A stretch of 64,000 nucleotides of DNA from Giardia intestinalis (lineage: Eukaryota). Both the position numbers and the translations under genes were made by a program. Positions 10,639 through 18,719 of this stretch are shown in pieces. Each line of letters starts with the position of its first letter. Within the stretch, counting starts at the first letter, position 1. The notes below the pieces were generated by a model. It was not told the DNA's origin. It saw nothing but the letters and a program-made list of their open reading frames with translations, and made no database searches. Location: the NCBI GenBank assembly GCA_000002435.2, contig CM018793.1. One strand, 5' to 3'.

Positions 10639-10760
10639 TAAGTTTAAGCTTACGCTCGATTATTATTCTCTTCAATTAAGCTTATAATTAATCCATAAGT
10701 TATAGACAAACCACTGTTACCTTTTGATAAATCAATTAGAATGGAAAAGAATAAAATCAA
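10639..10760 (-). promoter_or_regulatory. AT-rich 5' flank and putative promoter of the minus-strand VSP.
   Basis: About 75% AT lies immediately upstream of the ATG (ATTAATTATAAGCTTAATTGAAGAGAATAATAATCGAGCG...). Giardia promoters are short AT-rich elements near the start codon. This is an inference only. Confidence 0.3.
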
Positions 10761-10889
10761 GAGCACACCTACCAGAGGCCGGCTGATAGTGCGGTTCTCC
10801 CTGGCTTCAATAGAAACAGGATGAGTGAGGGCTAGACTCAGATCGTGCGTCCCTTGCGGAAACTAATAATTGTTCAGAGATGCATTCCT

Positions 10890-10955
10890 ATACATTGCTG
10901 TCAGTATGTTTGTCGACTTTTTTGCAGAGGCAAGGTGTAGATTTAGGTAGTAAAT
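10890..10955 (+). pseudogene. Degenerate VSP 3'-end relic reading ...CRLFCRGKV* followed by ATTTAGGTAGTAAAT.
   Basis: The reading frame ending at TAG 10938..10940 gives HCCQYVCRLFCRGKV*. The 15-mer 10941..10955 matches the VSP 3' motif with one mismatch. There is no TM region or VSP body upstream. It lies in the 5' flank of the minus-strand VSP. Confidence 0.4.
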
Positions 10956-12101
10956 GCGTTAACTGATATGTGCAGATCCCTCTGTGCCCAGCTCGGGCTC
11001 CTCAGTAGCATACCTGGATCTGATGGATAGAGAAGCACACCTACTATAAGCATCTCTTGCTGATGGCCTGTAACCACCTTTTACAGTCCAGTGTGCATCC
11101 TCTAGTGCTCCACTTCCCCCTGTGGCCAGTGTATCTCTAGGGCGAAGCAGACTCTTTTGAAAAGGTATTGACCTAGCACCATGAAGGAGCGCGGGGCACT
11201 GCACTGGGCCCGTACACAGGTCAGAGGCCCGTAGTTGTAGGTCAGCAAGATCCCGGTGCGACGGTCGGGTGCTCGTCCATCAGAGCTCTCAGGATGGTGG
11301 CCAGGGGGCAGGAGCGACGCCTTTCTTGTCGGTCGCGACGCTGGTCAGTTGTCGATGCAAAATGTGCAAGGCCCCACAGGCGAGGAGCACAGAAGGGCAC
11401 AGGGAGCGTAAGGCCACCAGCAACTCGTAACTTTTTATATCTTGGTGGCCGGTCTCAGCACTTCGTAGGTGCAGATATGAGAAGCTGGGCCGAGTGATCT
11501 GCTGGTGGAGGGGCCGACACACACTTCTCTAAGGGTTCTGCCATGGGTGACGACGATGGTAGGCCGCACCACTGCAGGACCGACGCACGCCAGAAATAGA
11601 TGAAAGGCTCGCAAGCAGGTGCAGACTGGAGCGCCAGCCGCTGGCCGGATCACCCGCACAGGCACGCTCTGGTTACTTCAATAGATGGTTCAGTGGCACC
11701 TTAACGGAAAACACTGCTGCGCTCCACTTGCTGGCCATTTGAGGCACGCAGGTTCGATTGGTCCCAGGGCCACCGCTAAGCGTGGCATGACAGGCTATCT
11801 CCCAACATCGGGCGACGGTAAGACTCACGCCTACTTTTAGCCAACTGAGCTCGAAGCAATCCATGCCCTTGCGGGTCCATACTGGCGTGGTCTGTACAGC
11901 TATGCGCAGTGATGCATAACAGACCTCGGAACCGTAGACACCCTGGGCGCGCCCCTTGCTGCGCAGGGCCAGGGACGCCGGGAGGGCTCGGGCCGCCAAA
12001 TGCCTTGGTTCGCAGTCTTTCGCAGGAAAACCAGCTAGGAAGCGTAACCGCACGCCTCTTCGAGGTGAACGGGAATGGCGCAGCACTGTTCAGATTATAA
12101 C

Positions 12102-13817
12102 CTAAAGAGCATGAAAGTGTGTAATCATCTGTAGTTTGTCTGCATCCTTATATGAACAGAAACTTCCAGATTTGGCTATTATGACTTCACTGTCCCCTTC
12201 AAAATCCATTTCACGTACATATCCTTTAGCCACGTGAACGGTCGCAATCATGCTAAGCCGCTGAGAAAGGGCATCTTTCATTGTTGCAGTCTTATTTTGG
12301 TACTTCCTAGTCATCCTCTTATCATCGCAAGATTGAATCCTCTGAAGCTGGCCGTGGGTATCTACCTCAAACGAATAAATAACACTCCGTGTCTCTGAAA
12401 GTGTGTCTTGAGCATCAAGTCCTAGAGAAATTTTCATCGTAAGCCCTAGTGGTGTATTAGGATCCTCTACTTCTACTGTATCTAGTTTTCCATTTTTTGC
12501 TTCAGTGGTACAGCTGGCAGAAGCTTTGAAGTCTTCGTCAACTATCTTGAATAAAGGAGTAAGCACCTCTACTGTAGAACCAGATGATGTGCTACTCCAG
12601 TCTTCATTTCTCTTGCCTTCTATGGTACTGCCCCCCACTACTGATAGCCTAGTCAATGGATTTTTAGATGTACTAATATTAGTATGGGATTGATATTCTT
12701 CACAAACTTTACAAATAAAATCTTTGGTTCGTATTCTGTTAAATTCCCTAAGATTGCTAGCTGTCAAAGTACAGTCATTATATATAGTCCCCGATATAGA
12801 ATAAAAATATGCTAAAGCGGACCCAACGCAGTCAGTTATACCAGGATTGGTGCACTGATTGGGCTGTGCCAAGGCTATTGGGTCAAGCTTGTACTTAGTG
12901 TTGAGAAGAGGGAGCGAATCAAGGAGTTGTAACTTTGATAGATACTGATCTACTAGGTGCTGCCTTTTAGCCGAGATCTTGAGACTGTTGCAAATATGAA
13001 CAAAGTCGTCCTCGCCGAATGTATTTTTCTTGTTGGTGCGATGGGATTTTTCATAATCTCGAATCTTGTTTTTAACAATCGTGCTTGATATACTATACAA
13101 GGCAGTCAGAGCATTACCAAATGCGTCTGCCGACAGACACTGTGAGTAATTTGTGTCATGAAGGTAATACGATAACAGATAAGGAAACCCTCTGATCTTT
13201 GGAAGGCGATATAAGAAGTAACATATTTGTACATATACCTCGCACGTGATGACTTCGACGCTCGTGTAAGCATACTCCCAGATGAACCAAATATCTTCAA
13301 CTGTCGCAGAGAGCTTATAGAGTGTCTCTGTACAGACAACATCGTACTTAGTGAACTGCTTGGCAAGGGCCATGCCCAGTGTACGGCGAGAAATATGTCC
13401 ATGGCCGTGAAAGTCAAGAAGGTGGAAATCGTGGGCCACTTCTGCTGGCCTAAATGCAAAGAAGCTAAAGTCGGCATAAAGCCCGTCAGTGCCTAGAGAG
13501 CCAGATGCACGTGTATGTCCTAGTGCACCACGTTCAGCCCTTCCATTAGATTTCTTGCTGTCATCTTGAGATGTCGATCGAGCTTCCAAACCCTGTATTG
13601 AATAGCCTTTTGGGATTAGTGGGAGCACAGCAGTCAATTTTGTGCGAGGTTTATCCTTGGGAGGTTTTCTTTGCAGACATTGTTGTGGGCTATTTTTCTG
13701 TTGACTAGAAGACGAAGAAGAAGAGGACAGCTTTCTCTTTAATAGTCGGGCCTTCTGACTAGGCGATAGCATCGCCAAAAACATATCTTCGTCTTGGCGG
13801 CTGCCAGCTAAACCCAT
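12102..13817 (-). CDS. Hypothetical protein with a possible N-myristoylation motif (MGLAGS...).
   Basis: The ORF-track start at 13874 is TTG. The first in-frame ATG is at 13817 and gives MGLAGSRQDEDMFL..., which fits the MGxxxS/T consensus. The product is about 571 aa. No recognisable catalytic motifs were found. Confidence 0.5.
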   Translation of the reverse strand: MGLAGSRQDEDMFLAMLSPSQKARLLKRKLSSSSSSSSQQKNSPQQCLQRKPPKDKPRTKLTAVLPLIPKGYSIQGLEARSTSQDDSKKSNGRAERGALGHTRASGSLGTDGLYADFSFFAFRPAEVAHDFHLLDFHGHGHISRRTLGMALAKQFTKYDVVCTETLYKLSATVEDIWFIWEYAYTSVEVITCEVYVQICYFLYRLPKIRGFPYLLSYYLHDTNYSQCLSADAFGNALTALYSISSTIVKNKIRDYEKSHRTNKKNTFGEDDFVHICNSLKISAKRQHLVDQYLSKLQLLDSLPLLNTKYKLDPIALAQPNQCTNPGITDCVGSALAYFYSISGTIYNDCTLTASNLREFNRIRTKDFICKVCEEYQSHTNISTSKNPLTRLSVVGGSTIEGKRNEDWSSTSSGSTVEVLTPLFKIVDEDFKASASCTTEAKNGKLDTVEVEDPNTPLGLTMKISLGLDAQDTLSETRSVIYSFEVDTHGQLQRIQSCDDKRMTRKYQNKTATMKDALSQRLSMIATVHVAKGYVREMDFEGDSEVIIAKSGSFCSYKDADKLQMITHFHAL

Positions 13818-13974
13818 GGTCGACGCACCAAATGACAATTTTTTGCTTGAAACTGACCTGGTTCCAAAGCTCAATTACGAGATAGAAGCACCCGCTGCCA
13901 ATGAATACGTGTCCTTCCAAGGCAATGGTCTGAGACAGTAGACTTCAATTCCCAAAATTTTCATTTACCTTTTA

Positions 13975-14460
13975 ATGAGTGGAAACAACCCTCTGAAGAA
14001 GCTTGTCACCATCCAAACCACTTTAAAGAAGATTATGATGCGAATAACTAACATAGAAGAGCAGATAGAGCAAGAGGAGCGCGAAAAGGCGCGGTGTATG
14101 ATAGGGATTACCCGAAGCATTATGAAGAGACATATAGAGCAGAACAAAACTTTGGAGCGTGAGCTAGCAATTCTTATGATGGTGGACGAACGTCTCACAA
14201 ACCAAGCGAATGCTAATGAAAAACTTAGTAGAGAACTCGTCAGCCTCGTGACGTACTTCAAAGACGCAGTGATCCCAAGAGAGAGGCAGCTGGCTCCTGT
14301 GTTCGTGCCGGCCATGACGCCCCAGACCGCCCAGGTGATTCAGAAGGCTCCGGCTCCAAGGCCGCTTTCTCACATTCGGCAGATCACGCATTTGAACAGT
14401 TCGGTAGGGTCTTTCATTACAACCACAGCAACGCCTGTTACGAAAGACGTATCAAAGTAA
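13975..14460 (+). CDS. Small charged, helical (coiled-coil-like) hypothetical protein.
   Basis: The ORF starts at an ATG and is 161 aa, rich in E/K/R/Q heptad-like sequence (IEEQIEQEEREKAR...). The antisense ORF 13965..14315 is judged spurious. Confidence 0.4.
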   Translation: MSGNNPLKKLVTIQTTLKKIMMRITNIEEQIEQEEREKARCMIGITRSIMKRHIEQNKTLERELAILMMVDERLTNQANANEKLSRELVSLVTYFKDAVIPRERQLAPVFVPAMTPQTAQVIQKAPAPRPLSHIRQITHLNSSVGSFITTTATPVTKDVSK

Positions 14461-14521
14461 TGTCTACCTCTACCGTCATCAAAATCATGGTAGACTTCTT
14501 GTAAATTTTACCTTTAATCAA

Positions 14522-15601
14522 ATGGAGAAAGACCGCCTGCAGAATAGGTCGACACCTCATGTGGTCGCTATGAAGCATAGCACAAGTAGCTTGTTTCATG
14601 ATAGTAAGCGGGCAATCCCTGGACCTCCCAGATCGATTGCTCCCGTTGATCTACAGGCATTGAAGCGGATTGCAAGCAATGCAAGCTCTGCTATTCCACC
14701 ACCCTTGGACTCCTATGTACCTAAGGCAGAACAAGTGAAGGGCCTGGCTCATATGTGCCCGAAGTTGTTCGAATTGGGCAATCGCTCTGTAGTTCCACTA
14801 TCTAAGGTGAAGGCTATCCCGGCCTACAAGGGCACCCCATATGACCAGCGAGCAGATGATATTTCTATCTTAGTAGCAATTGCTCATGAGAATCTAAGCT
14901 ATTATCGAAAAATCAATCTCCTGGTATTAATTCTAAACATGGTCTCTAACGTGTCTCAGTATCTGCACCAATGGATTGCTAACGATTACGCTCACTATAT
15001 TGAAAAGAAGAAGGCTGGAGACACTTGCATTAAGAGTATCTATGATCCAGCCAAGCAACCAGCAGCTGACCTCATTCGCGACCCGGAGTACTTGCCGGAC
15101 ATGTCAAGGTTTTGCAGTGAACATAGAAAATACAAACCAGAACTGTACAATAGCACGATCTCTATTCTGTCCGACTGCTTCTCTGACGCTGCATCTGAGC
15201 CTCCATCAATACTAGAATCGATGGTCAACACGCCCATAGGTTCTTCTGCCACGTCGATCCCCTCTGAAAACTCGTCAATCTCCTCGTTATCAGATCTGTC
15301 CACAGCCAGCGTCAGTGCCGAATTGCAGCGACGAAAAGTCATGAGAGAGTCTGTTTCTATGACAACAAGCAGCCTATCCGAGGGGTACAAGCAGATGGAA
15401 CTAAAAACACTAAAGCAGATACTACAGACTACTTTCAGTTGTCAACGAATAATCCCATTAGTTGATATAGAGAAGCAGCTGAAGCGAAAGCATCCCAAGG
15501 TAAACGCTCTTAAGCTACTCAGAGACCTAGCAGACACCACCACCTGCATTACAGTTTCCCAGGGAGATGTATCTATTGATTGGGCTAAAGCAAACTTCTG
15601 A
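14522..15601 (+). CDS. Hypothetical protein.
   Basis: It is a 359-aa ORF with an ATG start and fills the gap between its neighbours. It ends 16 bp from the convergent kinase gene. No motif was recognised. Confidence 0.5.
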   Translation: MEKDRLQNRSTPHVVAMKHSTSSLFHDSKRAIPGPPRSIAPVDLQALKRIASNASSAIPPPLDSYVPKAEQVKGLAHMCPKLFELGNRSVVPLSKVKAIPAYKGTPYDQRADDISILVAIAHENLSYYRKINLLVLILNMVSNVSQYLHQWIANDYAHYIEKKKAGDTCIKSIYDPAKQPAADLIRDPEYLPDMSRFCSEHRKYKPELYNSTISILSDCFSDAASEPPSILESMVNTPIGSSATSIPSENSSISSLSDLSTASVSAELQRRKVMRESVSMTTSSLSEGYKQMELKTLKQILQTTFSCQRIIPLVDIEKQLKRKHPKVNALKLLRDLADTTTCITVSQGDVSIDWAKANF

Positions 15602-15617
15602 AGCGGCATGCGTTATT

Positions 15618-16754
15618 CTACTTTACGGTAAAAGAGCCTGTATTTAGCCATGAATGTGTAATACATACAACCAGATCCGTGATGTTACTGGCCCCAGTTG
15701 AGTCGGGACTGAAGTGTTGGGCCACTGCTGCATGAATACACTCAACGGATGGGTTCTCTAGCACTAGCTTAATGATGCTACGGAGGCTCTTGTCTAGAAG
15801 CTCACGTCCTATCACCGTCTGTGCCTTTTGATATAGCTGCTTATATCTGTGTGCTAGTTCTGCCCGTAGTACCTTAGTATATTCAGTATTTAGAACTATT
15901 GGCGTAAGGACTCCAGGCTGGCTCATCTTGCCATTTGCAGATTGTCCAGCACTAGCTAGGACACCAAACATGGCGAGTGCTTCTGCTGCATCTGAGCGCC
16001 GCTTTTCCTCCTTTTCCAGCATGTTATAGATGGCGTTGCAGAATGGTTTGGAAAACTTTTCCGGAAGAGGGTCGTACTTTCCTTCAACAATCTGCATGGC
16101 AACAGATACAATTGTTCGCCCCGTGAAAGGGCGTTTTTGCGCCGCAAGCTCATAGAGTGTCACGCCTAATGACCATATGTCCGATTTTGTGCTATACATA
16201 TGCTTAGAAATGAGCTCTGGCGAGAGATAGTAGGGGGTTCCGACCAGTGTCGTTGCAAGGGACGACTCTCCAAGGACCTTTGCAATGCCAAAGTCTCCCA
16301 GCATCACACGAAACGGGTACTTTCTTTCTTTCGAAGATTCTACAGTGGTCTTTGCGAGGAAGATGTTCGCCGGCTTTACGTCACGATGTATCACATTGTG
16401 TGAATGCAAGTATATGAGAGCGTTTAGTATCTGTGTAGCAACATAAGTAATGAACGGCTCATCAAAAGGTTCTGAAGAACTTCTCATAAAGTTTTGGAGA
16501 TCTCCCTTGTTAGCGTATTCTGTTATGATGTTGAGTGCTCCGTTTTCTAAAAAACTTTGCTTGTAGGAGACTATGTTTGGATGGAAGAGTTGTGATAAGA
16601 GATTTGCCTCCCTAAGCGCTCGCTCTCTCTCGGCAGCAGGTAGCTGCGCCAGGGTAAGCTCTTTGATAACGACACTGGCACCAGTCTCAGTATCCTTTGC
16701 TAACCATGCAATTCCATAAGCACCTCTACCAAGAATACGATTCTTTATGTACAT
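15618..16754 (-). CDS. NEK-family Ser/Thr protein kinase with catalytic motifs intact.
   Basis: It has the Gly loop LGRGAYG, VVIK, HRDVKPANIF, GDFGIA and GTPYYLSPE. This is the typical NEK signature, and the Giardia kinome is dominated by NEKs. Confidence 0.85.
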   Translation of the reverse strand: MYIKNRILGRGAYGIAWLAKDTETGASVVIKELTLAQLPAAERERALREANLLSQLFHPNIVSYKQSFLENGALNIITEYANKGDLQNFMRSSSEPFDEPFITYVATQILNALIYLHSHNVIHRDVKPANIFLAKTTVESSKERKYPFRVMLGDFGIAKVLGESSLATTLVGTPYYLSPELISKHMYSTKSDIWSLGVTLYELAAQKRPFTGRTIVSVAMQIVEGKYDPLPEKFSKPFCNAIYNMLEKEEKRRSDAAEALAMFGVLASAGQSANGKMSQPGVLTPIVLNTEYTKVLRAELAHRYKQLYQKAQTVIGRELLDKSLRSIIKLVLENPSVECIHAAVAQHFSPDSTGASNITDLVVCITHSWLNTGSFTVK

Positions 16755-16906
16755 CAGTAGGGTAGTATGAGTCCTTCGATATTAAATTTAGATTAACGTA
16801 TGCAGTTACTGGCTACAGTAATATAAAACGTGTTGAGAGAATATTACAGATTTCCAAGTAGCACGTTTATTTGTTCTAGAACACGGTTGGTGTGGGGCAA
16901 AAAATA
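16755..16906. promoter_or_regulatory. AT-rich divergent intergenic region, a candidate bidirectional promoter.
   Basis: It lies between the divergent starts at 16754(-) and 16907(+) and is AT-rich (ttaaatttagattaacg..., aaaaaataatg). Confidence 0.3.
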
Positions 16907-18694
16907 ATGAGAGAGCGACTGCACTCCCAGTTCCATAAAAACAGTGTTTATATCCGTAGTAGTCAGCTGGGGGCTGTGTATAAAGCAGAGAGACTGTCGG
17001 ATGGAGCCACCGTTGCTGTAAAGGAGATTTCTCTGCGGAACATCCCTGATGACCAATATGTGGCTCTGTGCCGTCCGTACGAGCTGTCACGCTACCTTGC
17101 TCACCCACACTTACTAGTATACCATGAAGCGTATGTCATTCCTGGAGAGCGCTGCCTTCTCGAGATGGAGCTCTGCGAGAATGGCGCACTTATCGACGTC
17201 CTGGATGACCTTTACAAACGGAAAGAGCATCTCGAGGAGTCGTTCGTGTGGGAGATAATTGCACAGATTGCAGATGCTCTTGCCTACCTTCACGACGCTG
17301 ACAAGCCCCAAGGACCAGTTCTCCACAAGGCTGTCAGAGCCTCGAGCATATTCATTGGGGAGAGCGGTCTAAAGCTAGCAAAGCTAGGCTCAACACGCCA
17401 CGCATCAGAGCTCACAGTGTTTGGGACCAGGCACAAGCACGATATGTACCTTCCTCCGGAGGCCACAGTGCGGCGAACGCCCACTGATAAATGGGACATC
17501 TGGGGCCTTGGCTGCCTCGCAGTTGAGGTGTGCACCCTCGGGACTGTTTATAACGACTCCTCGACAATGCTTAGCAGATTATCATTTGATCTCCGACCTT
17601 ACTCGAACGCTCTTGCTTTCATGGTGGCGAGTTGCCTCAGTGTGTGTGATAGGGACAGACCATCGGCTGTGGAAATCAAGGGCCATATAGAGATAAAGCG
17701 TGCGCTACGCCGCGTCAATCCGTCCAGCGTGACAAAAATTTGCAATCCGGAACTCCGGGCTCCAAACGAACATGGATCTGAAACTGACAGTTTACAAGAT
17801 GAGTGTGAGGTAGAAACAGACGTAGAAGTTTGTACTGCTGACTTCGACCACAGCATCAGCATGAGCTCGCCCATTGTTGGAGATGGTGTCATAAAAGCAT
17901 CCCTCGGTGAAGCTAGCCAGTGTTCTCAGGTCGATCTAACTCTATCTCGAGGGTGTGCACACAACGGGCTCATATCTGACGATCTCATGGAGCTTATATT
18001 GAACGACAATTCCCACGGTGTATCTGCTCAAATAGACAGGCTCATGAACTGCCTCAAAACAGCCTTAGATGTAGCTGCATTCGAATCTAGGCCAAATGCC
18101 CTTCGGATTATTTGTGAAGCAATCTATACAAACGCACTTCCCATACAGATTTCTAAAAGAAAGGGGGAACGTAGTCTTGGGAAGACCCCCTTGATGTTTG
18201 CAGCAGAAACAGGTAATACAGAGAAAATTCTACAACACCTTGACCAAACAATGCAGTTATTCTACACCTCTCTTCCTTCTAGATCCGATCAAGGTGTACA
18301 CCATGGTGTAAGCAATAATAGACATACAGATGAAGTGACAGCGCTGATGATTGCTGCTTCAGCAAACAAAGTTGAAGCTGTAAAGCTTCTCCTCTTGGAA
18401 ATTGGTGTGCAGAATCAAAATGGGATGACGGCATTGATGTTTGCAGCCATGAACGATAGCGTTGAAGCAGCAAAATACTTAGTTGCCGAAGCGGGGTTTA
18501 GAACTGCGGAGGGAAAGACTGCCCTTATGCTTGCAGTTTATAACAATGCAACGGAATGTGTAGAGCTACTCAGGGGGAGAGAAAATCACATCGCCGACAG
18601 AGCTGGAAACCGAGCTATAGACTATGTGTACACATCCGGAACGAAGGTCCCTTTATACCATCAAAAGAGAATGGCAAGTATCTTGAACAGTTAA
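16907..18694 (+). CDS. NEK-like pseudokinase fused to C-terminal ankyrin repeats.
   Basis: The ORF-track start at 16892 is GTG, so the first ATG at 16907 is used. It is kinase-fold-like (VAVKEI, ...LAYLHD...). The catalytic motifs are degenerate: HRD becomes HKAVRASS, DFG becomes KLG and APE becomes PPE. The C-terminus has ankyrin repeats (TPLMFAAETGN..., TALMIAASANKVEAVKLLL..., MTALMFAAMND..., KTALMLAVYNN...). Confidence 0.75.
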   Translation: MRERLHSQFHKNSVYIRSSQLGAVYKAERLSDGATVAVKEISLRNIPDDQYVALCRPYELSRYLAHPHLLVYHEAYVIPGERCLLEMELCENGALIDVLDDLYKRKEHLEESFVWEIIAQIADALAYLHDADKPQGPVLHKAVRASSIFIGESGLKLAKLGSTRHASELTVFGTRHKHDMYLPPEATVRRTPTDKWDIWGLGCLAVEVCTLGTVYNDSSTMLSRLSFDLRPYSNALAFMVASCLSVCDRDRPSAVEIKGHIEIKRALRRVNPSSVTKICNPELRAPNEHGSETDSLQDECEVETDVEVCTADFDHSISMSSPIVGDGVIKASLGEASQCSQVDLTLSRGCAHNGLISDDLMELILNDNSHGVSAQIDRLMNCLKTALDVAAFESRPNALRIICEAIYTNALPIQISKRKGERSLGKTPLMFAAETGNTEKILQHLDQTMQLFYTSLPSRSDQGVHHGVSNNRHTDEVTALMIAASANKVEAVKLLLLEIGVQNQNGMTALMFAAMNDSVEAAKYLVAEAGFRTAEGKTALMLAVYNNATECVELLRGRENHIADRAGNRAIDYVYTSGTKVPLYHQKRMASILNS

Positions 18695-18719
18695 CCGAAG
18701 TCTGTGACACTTCCGCATA

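Larger units (their letters stand above)
1..11981. repeat. Segmental duplication, copy 1, in direct orientation. It is truncated by the window start. The matching copy is at 40624..51511.
   Basis: Position 1 aligns with 40624. The ORF-track entries of 1..11981 recur with identical translations at an offset of about +40623. The offset shrinks to +39530 after the 1095-bp repeat-number difference. Homology ends at 11981/51511, where the downstream sequences diverge (ggagggctcggg... versus gcgtttttaggctg...). Confidence 0.9.

Noticed and set aside
9182-10687. 501-aa plus-strand ORF with strikingly periodic sequence (PASFALSGHFAMQPFPFGWTFCPTVAQPVHVCSPPGGVAHV repeated).
   Set aside because: It is the antisense reading of the VSP's 219-bp tandem repeats. 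Its periodicity is inherited from the sense gene. It has no signal peptide or motifs, and the sense strand carries the unmistakable VSP signature (CXXC, CRGKA).
11673-12086. 137-aa minus-strand ORF, and a possible tRNA around GGTTCGATTGG (11750..11760).
   Set aside because: The ORF has no support and lies in a GC-rich stem-rich stretch. No acceptor-stem, D-stem or anticodon-stem complementarity could be found around the T-loop-like motif. It is kept only as a low-confidence ncRNA-scan target.
13965-14315. 116-aa minus-strand ORF antisense to 13975..14460.
   Set aside because: The sense ORF has a coherent charged-helical composition and an ATG start. The antisense ORF is Ser/Ile/Phe-rich without features.
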